From Bugula neritina (lineage: Eukaryota; Animalia; Bryozoa), in contig OZ037767.1 of NCBI GenBank assembly GCA_964035545.1, positions 29,342,628-29,406,627 of the forward strand: a DNA stretch of 64,000 nucleotides. The letters are read 5' to 3'. Each line of letters begins with the position of its first letter. Position 1 is the stretch's first letter. Of this stretch, positions 41,201 to 53,200 are shown piece by piece. The notes beneath the pieces were generated by a model. It made no database searches. It saw only the letters and a program-made list of their open reading frames with translations, and was not told the origin of the DNA. The translations under genes and the position numbers were made by a program.

Positions 41201-44200
41201 GTTTTACAAAGACGCCATATTTAAATTAACTAATAAAACAATAAAATAATAAAATGCATGGCAATTTCTCAGTAACCCTTTCTCTATCAAATGTATTAGT
41301 CACTGCAGTGCGCTGCTTGCCAATCTAAATGTACAAACACACTTGGTGCTGAGCCATAATTTTGGCCATAATTCATATAGAATATATGACTAAAGTCAGT
41401 TTAAATCACTATTATCAAACTTTTTGGCATAAATTTACCTTATCTCATTTTTGATCTGGACAATGGAATCAAAAGCATACATATCCACAGCTATTCATAT
41501 GCTCTCATGTTTGTGTTTTGCTTTCATGTTTGATGTTTTCTTTCCATTTGACACCTTAGCTAGCGTTATGGCTGACCTAACATCAATTATGATGTAAAAC
41601 TATTCTCATGGAGATGTAATAATGGTGTAATTGTTATCATATTAACAGAGATCGCTATTTGATTATCTGGTTGCAATTGTTGTAAGGTGATATACTATTG
41701 TTCCAGTGTCCTGAGTATTTTCGATTGACAGGAGAAGTTAGGTTATATAGAAATGAAATTGGAGAAGATAATTTCTATAGGAGAGTGAACTAAATAGCTT
41801 CAGTGTATCCGTTTATGATAGTTAATATGATAGGCTTGTGTTTAATCGTGTTTTTGTGACAGGAGATAACTTTGCGCTGTTTTGCAGTTAATTTTTCAGT
41901 TTTTTGTGAGAGTATAGAGTTCTAACAGGTGCATGCTTTAGCTGTGACGATGAAGCAACTAATAACCAACAGAATGTCAAAGGATAAAAAAGTTCTGAAA
42001 CTGTTTAAAAGCATGATCTATATTTATCTACTTCTTATTGAATTAGCAACTATATGTCACTTCCAGTGGCTAAATCTGCATTGAGGTCTTTTAGTGGTTG
42101 CCATGCCAACTGGCTGTTCACCAGGATTATAGGGCTACTACACAACACTCCTACTACCCTATAAAGTGTATACTGTTCACAATGGCACATCTTTGAAAGC
42201 CAATATGCGGGTAACTCCCCAACGTTTTTGCTAATTACTTGGCAAGTTGAACGCAATGGTCCTGCAAAGCTATTGCGTAAACTTTACATGCCAAATTGTT
42301 AGCATAAAGAGGATGTTGGAGGCATTTAATAGCACTTGGGGAGAAATATTGCTATGAGACTGATCACATCGCCTGCATCTCAAAGAGATTTACTTAAAAA
42401 TTAATAAGTTATAAATTTTGAGGAGTGACTAATATATCCTAATATCAGGAAATGCCTCGTACTTTTCGGTCAAAAAGTTTAGTTCCTTTGGGTATATCAG
42501 CCCTTGGCTGGGGTTGCGATTGCTACAACTGTAAGCTGGGATTATGGTCATATATGGGGGAAGTGAAACTGCTGAAGGTTGGTAGTGTGATCCATGTTGG
42601 TTGTACGGTTAGTAGCATAGTGAATCGGCTAATGTTATTTGAAAGGTTTTGAAGAAATGTTACATTTTTTCACTAGGGAAGGTTTTATTTTTCTTGCAAC
42701 TAATCAGGAGTTTAGCCTATTTAATTAAATCATAACAATATATCAGTCATTACTCTACAACATGCAAATCCGTTGACACAAATATTTGTAAAATTCAATG
42801 GTAAGAAAAACACATTCCAACACTTTCACTTGCTCCCTCAAACAAGCTGGTGAAACAGGATATTACATGTCAGGCATTTCCCTCCATTTTTATGATAAAA
42901 TTGTCTGTTGACGTAACCAATTGAGTCACAACCCCACTACTATGACTACATTGTTTATATATTGTGTAACAAGAATGATTATTTATGTTTGTAGTCAAAT
43001 GAGCAGAGTACCCTCTCAAGGATTGAGAAGTTGTTCCCACACGATGACTTGGAATTAAATTCTTCAGCTGATAAAAAACCTCGGAGAAGAAGATCAGCAC
43101 CGAGTCAAATTTTGCTTAAAAACTTATACAGACGAAGTGGTACTGGCGATGAGGTGGGCATGAGTAGGGTACCCCCACCTTCTTCAGAGGTTCCAATGAC
43201 AAACCCAGACTTTGTGTCAAGGAAGTTCATCTGTGAGTCGGCGGTGCAGCTGTCAGCTGGAGTTCAAACCCAACAGAGATACATCTTCCTGTTCAATGAT
43301 TTACTATTCATAGCCAAACAGAGGTAAACATAATCTGACATTAAAATTAAATAATCTTGAAACATTGCCGAAGACTTGCACCTCATGATTGGCTTAGGTA
43401 GAATGGATTATCTCTATTCTCATAATTTGTAGTTTATTAAAGGTTATGGTAGAAGCTAATCTCAAACGATTTAATGCCCTAGTTTCCGTTAATACATTTT
43501 TAATGTCCATTGTCAAAATTTAGATCCTCATAAATTGTTATGATGTTATGTCATTAATAGAGTTATCAAATTTATTGTTATTTTATTTCCCTTTATTATG
43601 TGAGCTATTTGATTAGGATAGTTTGTTTATCTAGTGCTATTCCATGTAATGATATATTGTGCAGGTCTTCCACTAGTTATAAATTGAAGAATAAGCTACT
43701 AGTGTCTGAATTGTGGATCACAGACTACATAGCTGGAGTGAGTGAGAGCACAGCTGACCCAACCAAGTCATTTGTAATCGGTTGGCCTACTACCAACTAC
43801 ATTGCTACCTTTTCCACAAAAGAGTTATGTGACAGATGGAAAGACAAATTGAGGCAGTAAGAATTTAGCCATCTTTTCCTAATTTTTTAAAGTTTGTCAA
43901 CAACAGAAGCCTAACATTTCAGGAGTTGCCTGCTCCTAGAATTTGTTAAATTGATACGGTCTCTGTATTCAGTAGATTTGTTTTTATAATAGTTTTGGAT
44001 GAATGCCAAAATACTACCAACTCCATGGAAAAATATATTATGGCATGAGATCAACTTTTGTAACGAGAATATTTTGACTTTATGGCAAGCTGCATAGTGG
44101 GTAAACTAGTTGCTGTTTTCTAACTTATTTTTCATCACAAAAAACAGTTTTCATGTCATTGTTACAGTTAGTTTCTAAATCAGTGAAACTGAAAGAAACG

Positions 44201-47200
44201 ATGCATGGTCAGGTTCTTTTGCATCTCTAATGATGTGTTGCTAATTGCAGGATGTTTTGACACTAGAAAGTTGTGTAGTAATAGCTCTAGATTCTGTTCA
44301 TCATCTCTTTAACAGTCAATGAGTTCAGATCATTAGACAAACGAATTTCTACCATTTGATCACAAATTAATATGCCATTATTGAATGAATCAGGGTATTA
44401 TTTGGAATGCTGAAGCTAATAATGCCTTGCCTAGTTTAAAAATAACATCTTCTTGCATTACAGTTTCAACATTGTTGTTTTCAAAACATAAATCTGCACT
44501 AGAGCAGCAGAAGCATGTATTGCTGATTTAATTTCACTGGTTCTCAAACATTTTCTCTGTAGAAGCCCATTTTGCAATAACTTGTCTTTTGATATAAAAA
44601 ACAATCCAATATTTGAGATGTAAAGGCCATTTGATTTTGTATTTCTGTAGACAAATCAACGAGGAGCAGTCGAAAGATCTCTCTTCAGAAATTTCTGTCA
44701 CAGTAGCTCACAAGAATACATTACAAGAGCACATGTCTGACACTATTTCCATAGAAAGAGATACAGATGCTGAAATGCTACTGGATTTGACGATAAAAAA
44801 GTTTGAGATTCAGGTGAGAAAGAAGCTATAACTGACAGAACTGTGGGGCATGGAAGAAAATTCTAAATTCTAGAAATGTAGAGTCAGTGTCAACATGATT
44901 GGTCAGGTGTAGGGTGTCTGTGGTAAGACTGGGAGTCACTCAGTCATTTTACTGTAATCAGAGTGATAAGAAACTGGGGTTTGGTAGAAGACTGTCTCCC
45001 ATCATACTCATCTTTCATGAGAAATGCCGAACCCCAAGTATTTCTCAACTCAGTAATGTATCATTTTTCACTAATTGCTAGTTTATGATAACTGACCAAG
45101 GCCCTAATTGCTTATATATGCCCCTAAATGTTGATGTTATCTACCTACCTTATAGATCAACTACTACAAAAACCACCTACTATCTCTCCCTTTTAATCAA
45201 CCACTATATCGACTACAAATAACAATCCTAATCATACAGTATTCTTAAAAATGTGTTGCAGGACTGATTTGTTGATAATTCAACTAACTTTTTAGCTAAA
45301 TTTAGAAAAGGAACACGGAAACTTATAGTCCAGAGTCTCTAGTAACTGACATGAAGCTGCTACTATTTATAATGCAAGCAACATGCCAAATGTTTACCAG
45401 TGTATCTAAGCCTGCGATGACAACTGTATACATAATGGCAGTGTCTGCATAATTAAATGTATTTTAAGAAGTTTAGTGTTACAATTAAACTAATTCCTGG
45501 CATGACTTTTTGACTTGAGTTTTTGAAACTAAAATAAAATAGTTTCAAGTGGCTTGGAAATGATCTTTGAATAATTTATTTTATTTATAGAACGCTAAAG
45601 ACACGGAGTATAGGTTGTGGGTGATGTCGCCCAAGGATGAATCTTTCTACCCCTTGTTTGGTAAGCTTTTTGAATATTAGTGATGTATCAGTATCTGCAC
45701 TATGCCATATTTGTTTCCAAGTGTTTTAACAATGCTAGTTGATTACCCAGTGTACTATGGCTAGTTCAAGGTAGAGAATACTACATGTGGTACTAGAAGT
45801 TTTATTTGTAATTATGTAAATTCTCTACCATCATATTGCGTAGCTACGTTGAAGTCAGAATTAGTCACTAATAAATAACAGTAGTCTCCCAGCGGGGAAA
45901 CAAACGTCAAGGGTGGGTGGATGGCTTCTGATTTTGACCTGAGTCTGTTTGAGTCTACTAATATCGAATACAAACACCTGTATAAGGATGTCATGCTACT
46001 AGGCCTGGTTTAGCTTCATAAATTATACTTCATTCAAGTATTAAATCAAATATTTGGCATCAGTTTAGTTTGTTATGCTAATGTAGTCTTTATAATATTC
46101 TACTTTAAAAGACAGACCTACATGCTATGCCAGAAACTAGCTCATATTCTATGGTACAGATTTGTTCCCTCGTTAAAATTGATTCTTGAGGTTTGTTGTT
46201 GGGGCATTCATGGCTATTGTAGTCCATTTAAAATTTAAATAAACTTTTATGCATAATTTTTGCATTAGTTAACCCTCACAGTAATTGTCTTCTCTATAAG
46301 CCTAACACCTGCAGCTTCTATAAGACTAAATGCTATTGACTATTTCCTTATTTATCATAGTCACTGTGAGAAGATCTTACATTATTGAGCCAAGGCTTAT
46401 TGTTTACGCAAACATGTTGTGAAATAAGCTACAATGTATTTCAAAGAAATAATCTGCACAATTAAATTTGTTCAAAGGGACACAATTTTTGAGGCTTGTC
46501 TCTAAGTTTGTTGAAGGAGGTTGAATGAGGATGATAATGGTAAAATGTAGGGTGGAATGTATAAGAGTACGCTTTGCTTGGGGTGCTACACCTATATTAA
46601 CATTGTCTTTTCGTCTGACTGTCTGAGTGTGTTTGATTGTTGTTCGATTAGCTAGCACTTGAACTTTTGCTTATCACTTCTAAACAATCTAGTAAGAGAT
46701 AAAATGAAAGCCGTGATGCTATTATGGAACTCATCAGTTTAAAGATGTTGCACTGAGTTTTGGCAACAACAATTTTGGTAAGAAACTGGGCTATTTTAAA
46801 GTAATGGGCTCATTGAATATGAATGGAACTGGGAGTTATATTGTAGCTATTAAGAATATTACCACACTGGTGCGAAGTCATTGTTAAGATGGCATAATGC
46901 GTCCTTCTGCTGGAGTATCTTTAATGATAGGGTTTAACGGACTGGTGATTATAGCTTGCTGGAGTTAAGCCTCTTGTTCATTCCAATAGAGTAGTGGCTT
47001 CACACACATCTAGCACTTCTCTTAGTCAGGTCTGCTGAGCTTTTTCTGCCTAGTAGTTTGTAGTAGTCTGAGTCTAGCAAAACACTGTCAGGTTTTAAGG
47101 AACGTAAATACAATGTCTCGTAAAACAGGGAGGTTCAGGTTCTCATTAAAATTAAAAAGTAAAAGCTGCACGGATTTATTACATTCTTCAAAAAGTTCAT

Positions 47201-50200
47201 CACCTCTAAACTCTACAAATTATGATTTCTCGTCAATGTTGTCTCAACCTTGTGTCATGGACATTGATATTGGTGAAACTCCATCCAAGTTATTTCGCTC
47301 TACCAAAGAATTGAAACGAGGCAGATCTGTTCCTTTGTCTGGTAAACTTTTTAGCTAATTTACTCATAAGCTATATTCTTATTCTATACTATGCTGTTAG
47401 TTATATAATACTATGTATTATAATAGTATCTTTCACATTAAACTGTAAATTGTAAAGGTTTTTTGATGAGCACTTAGAGAAAGACTATCGGAAAGCCTTG
47501 TACTAGTTTTCAGACATAGTGTACTAGTTTTCAGACATAATTTAGACTTATTCCCTCAGATCAAAGTAACAGTCTAGTAAGTTTTATAATCATAAACATT
47601 GAGAGTACCAGCATGAGTCTTACGATTACCATATTATGGTTACTAAAAGCATTGATTTTGTTGATGAAACTAATAACTAAAAATATTTCTCTAAACTTAA
47701 ACTAGTAGTAATAGCATTTAAATAAAAGGAGGATCTATAGGTACAGGTCAGCTGGTAGCAGTATCAAAATGAATGCACAAATATTATTCATTGCATAATA
47801 GCTGTTTAAAACCATGAATGAATGACTGAATGAGTGATGCAGTCACTAATAGTTAAGATCTGTTTGGTGCACTTGCCAGTTCACTCTCTTACATACGTGA
47901 ACATAAACACTAGTGTGCTTAAGGACAAATATATTGGATCTTATTGTTCAATTCAATGCAGCTATTCAATTGCTCACGAAAAACCTGCATATTTTTGACA
48001 TGATTTTTACTCTGAATAAACCAGCTGTTTACCTTTAATGCAACTTTATCTGTCAACCGGAAAGCAAGTGCTTTGTTTACACTAAACTTAGATATGCTCT
48101 ATGTAACTAGCTCACAGCTTTTTCTAATTTTTAGCTGTATTGTTGTGCAACTAGATCTGTCATGAGTGCAGAGAAGATAAATGTTTTTATGGGCTACTAG
48201 TCTAAGAATTCAGGAGCAAAATATTACTTATCCATTGTCTGGTCAACACACTAGTGCATTTATCAATCTCCCCAGGCTATTACTGCTTATTATCACGTAT
48301 TTTTTTCTTTTGCTTGTGTAGGCTATCTGAATATCGGTGTCACGTTTTCTGTTTGTTCAATAGCGTGCATCTAAAAATATCAAAGTAATGTTTTATTGGC
48401 GGCATCATTGTCAGCAACAGCTGACTTAGTCTCTCCTGATGAATCAACAGACTTGTTATTTTCTGCCACTTGTTTATTGTCATCTGAACTCTCCAAGATT
48501 CTACTTTTGATTTCCTTTTGTCCTGATGTTCTTCATCTCCTTCATCTATCATCTTTGTTAAGCTATTTGATGACTTCCCTCAGTGTTAACCTCCACTAAG
48601 GTTCGATTTTTACCTGAATATAGTTTTATCATATTTTCGTTCTTGTGGGCTGCCATTTCTAGATTTTTTACTTACAGTTGTAAGACGCAGCGTGTATAAG
48701 AAACGACCTTGAACTTGGTTTGCAGTCACATCGCAACCTCTAATCACTCGTAATATCTGGCACAATTGAAAATATGCTCAGCTTAAATTCCGAGTTTAGA
48801 GTATAGTTTTGATTAATGGCTGCATTTGCTTATGCTAAGTTTATCTGTTATATATTGGCTTTGAAAATTAATAAAAGATTTTTTTTCAAATACGTCTGGT
48901 TCAAAGAGAAATTGAGGGAGTAGCTGTTGGCATTCTGCCTTTTTGGTGGCCTATAAACGTCACCAGAGTTTACTAAAATATTAACTCTATATTCCTATGA
49001 TGATATACCCCCTGTTGCAAGAGCATAATAATACAAAGATTAACAAAAATTGGATATGGCAATCCACATATAATTGTAGTGTCAGTGTGCCCTGCGTTAG
49101 AGCAGGAAACCATTGATGGTAACAAATAGACATTAGATTAGTCATAGCACCTTATAGGTTACAGCATCTGTAATTTTCTACACCAGATTAAATGTTAACC
49201 CAGATCGTTCCTCTCTGCTTATCATAATGAAAAATCTTAGCAAGTAAATTTTGTCAAGTCTTCGTAGTCTGAGTATTGTCTTTAACTTAAGCAGACTGTT
49301 TTGGCAATTTGCAGTACTTTGAGCAAGCTGTACATGGGTTACTTCAGGGGCGCCAATACTTTGAATATCGATTATAATGGTCAGACGAACCCACTGAACA
49401 AGCTAATGCTGATATGTTATATAATTATTGGGTAAATGAGGCAGAGAATTTATGAACAATGCCTTGTCCATTTGTTTTCATTATTTTCACAATATTAGTC
49501 TTTTATTGAAGTATTGTTTGTTAAGGCGTATTGAATTATATAATAGTTCTACAATTGATATATTTTTTATTCAATTGATTGCCGCATTGGCAGCTGACTA
49601 CGCGTATAGCATGGCTGCTATTTAGTTATTCCTTAGCTACACAGGTTAGGCATTTGGTGAGAAATAGTCCAAATTGGCTGAAAGCCACTATTCTCTTTTC
49701 AAAGGCTTTCAATTTCTTTGATCTCTTTAACTAAAAGTAGTTTTCGATAAACATTGAGCTGCTTTCATTTGACAAGCCCCAGTATTGATACACTGGCCAA
49801 TACTTTTGCATTAAAATGGATTCGAATTGGGACCCTGACTGGGACTCTGTGCAACTTTCGGACTTGCGACAGAGACGACCGCCTAGGCTTAGAAATCGTA
49901 CTAAATCAGACCCACATCTGCAAGTTCATTTGCCAGAACACTTGCTAGTGACACACAAGCCGAGGTTCGAGTCAACTTTCACGGGAACCGAGTTTCGGAG
50001 GCTACGAGAGAAAGAAGGTAGGCTATGGTTGAGCTTTAGGGTTTACAGAGAACTAATTAGAGAATAGAATTGGAAGTGTGAATCTTATGTATGCTTTTCT
50101 ACTCCAGTTATGAATTTGTATGGTAAAATTTCCCCCTCCATTTTGTTAAGTGATTTCCTTAGTGGTAGGTTGAGTAGTGGTGTTCCAGGTGGTTGTTGGT

Positions 50201-53200
50201 GACTGACCTGCTGATAAATTAATTTGTCATTAATCTCTGGCACAGACCCTTATTTTGTCACAAAGTTTTTGAAAGGTTAAAGGTGGATTTTTTTCGAAAA
50301 CAGAATGTAGTTACGCAATCAACTATCGGAATAGCTTGTTTAAAAAGTTTATTTTCATTGCTCAACTTTTGTTTAAGTTGAGGGCGCAATGTAGGTGTGA
50401 TTTTTTAAATTGGAAAAGCAACCCTTTTGTTAAAATTCAACATTTCTCTGAGAGCCACTGATGTAAGGATATCTTAAAGTTGACTAAAGCTGGGGGAACT
50501 AACCTGGGATACATTCGGCCAATGCTCCAAACATGGCTGCCAACTTGTAAAACAAGAAAAGACTTGCTGACGACTGGCAAACGTTTAAAGATGCCATCCA
50601 CATCGGATTTGATTATTTTTCTGGCTTTCTTATAAGCACATTGTATAAAGTTAAATGGAGTAAGTCTGGCTTAGATTTATAGCTGTCTCAGACAGCATTC
50701 AATCTGACTCTCAAAAGTCTACTGCCCAATCTAGATTACCTTTCATCTAAATTGTTGAAATAATTCAATTACTGTAAATTAGTACTATTTGTTACACGCC
50801 CTTGTCTACTGCAATTTGGTTGAGGGTTGTTTGCTCGTGTCGATTTGGACCACCTACTATCAGTGCCACCATAGGTTGAAAGCTGACCCATAATTATAAT
50901 AGCACGTTGATGCGAGCAACGCTTCGAAACCTACCACTGGTATATTGTGTGCAACCAAGCATTTAGAATGCAAGGTAGGAGCGCAATACCAGTTGCGGTT
51001 GTTGAATACTAATTCATCTTAGAATATCACAGCATTAGCTGTTTGTTGGAGGTAGATGATGGTTTGCTAGATTAAAAAGCCTGTATAATCACTCATGATG
51101 CAGAATAAATCGAGATCAAGCCGAAATCACGTATCGTTGAACTTTGGGCAACACAACAGATCTATCTCTAGCTCCTCTATTAGTAAGAGAAATAGGCACA
51201 AGAGCGAAGGGAGTCTAGGGTGTACTCTGGATGTTAGTTATAAAGACATGAGGCTCAGCGAGTCTCCACATTGTGGGGTATTCAGCCCACCCGTAGTTGG
51301 ACGAAATGGTAAGTGACTTAGTGGGTAAACCTGAATCACCTTATACAGCTTAGGGTTACACACACTTATTAGTCTGATTGCATAACACACTTAGAAAACT
51401 TAATCTTGCAGCAACTTAGAGTGTAATATAACAAATGTTAGAAAATATCATAATTACTGTGAGAAATAGTTTCTGCTTAGGTGTACTACTACTAGTACTA
51501 GTGGCATTAACTTAGTGCAAGTTTAACTTTAACCTAAGAAAGAATTAGATGTCCACATTGACCAGGTCGTGATTAAGATGTAATCAGGGATGTAGTGGTA
51601 CCCATACGGTCCCATACGCCGTATGGCCTAGAAGAAAATGGACTGTTCTAGGCCATACGCCCGTATGGGCATAAAATTTTTGAAAGATGGTTAGTGCACA
51701 GGGTAGTTAGGGGCATCCTCACTGAGAATATCATAAATTTCGCTCACAATCTAGTTTAAGTTCTTGTTATGTTGATGCTATGTGGGTGGCATGCGTGTTG
51801 CCTACTTGTGATTGTTTAGCCTGAGATTACACTATGAATAATAAGAGCTATCAACATTCCGTCTTCTCATCTTTACGTGTTCACTGAAGCGTGAAGTGCT
51901 GTGCATTGGTGATTACTTGGGAAAAATATTTCATTTCAGTGTGTAAATCACTAATTTGTAGAAAATCTATGAAAGCTATTGAAAGGATCAAAAAATTTGC
52001 TATATGCATAAATTTTTCAGGTTTCCGACAGTGTTTGTTCTATTCCAATACCATACTTTCCTGCTGAGATATTTGGCAGATTTTGAAAAATAAACTTTTC
52101 AGATAAAATTGGCCAAAATGGGTAGTTTTTTGTCTATAACTTTGCAAAAAAAAGTATTGAAAACTCGAAAAAGCAGGTGCTCTGAGGAACAGGAAGATCT
52201 AAAACATGGTTTTGAAATTTTTATTCTAGCACAATTATAGGCAGTGACAGCTAGAAGGCTGCCCTTATCTATCTTGTGTGGACTTGTATTTTGTCAGTAA
52301 GCAATGGAATTTAAAAAACCAACATGAAATCCAGAAATAAAATCAAAATGTCTTCAAGAAACAGTACCAGTTGTGTAGGAGAGGTTAACGAAAATTTATC
52401 ACTGAGGTCTACAGGTACTATGTCCACATTTTGCTCAAAAACCTAGCGTTATTGCATGTTAATTATCAATGCAATGAGGTTTTGCAAACTGCATGTACAC
52501 CACCATAAGTAACCTTTCATGTTTGATTGTACTAACCTCTGGCTTTATATTTTTTCATCTTCTAGGTTAACACATATTAAACCTGTCAAATTTGTTCTTT
52601 TGGGGTATGTTTCCTTTATGTGTCTAGTGTAAGTTCAAGGGTTTTATTTTAAAACCAAGTTAACATACTCTTCTTGGGTGTACTTTATCGTGTGTTAGAA
52701 GGTGTGGTGGTATCTCCTTATGGATTAGACAAAGCCTAGGGCCACACTGTGCGTATTTTCGCATGCGAAAATTGAAATCACAAGTAGCAAAGGTGTTCAC
52801 TGTAGCGTCAGTAATGCGTGATAAATAAAGCTTTCATTTTTAAATCGCACTCGCTTTCAATAAAACGAAATTTCCTGGAATGTAGCACTAAAATAAGGAA
52901 ATTGGGGTCGCTGAATAACTACCAGCCAATTAGGTGACGACGACAGAGACGATTCGCACTTGCGTTAAAAATGCTGAGCGACAAGTGCGAATGTTTTTTC
53001 AACGCGCACAGTGGACACCTTTGCTACTTGTGATTTCAATTTTCGCATGCGAAAATACGCACCCTGTGGCCCTAGGCTAATACTCTAATAAACTCCAATT
53101 AGGTTTTTTTTAACCAATTGCTGCTTGCTAATGAGTTATCAATTCAAATAGCTCGTTCTAAATAACCAACACACATTTTCTGATTTGCAATCTGCCACTC

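Noticed and set aside
46520-46785. Further donor-like sites (ATG|GTAAAA 46539, TTG|GTAAGA ~46777) as extra B-cluster exons
   Set aside because: No open phase-1 ATG frame leads into them. The first has only a 5-codon phase-0 ORF, showing that some background donor-like sites of the wrong phase exist.
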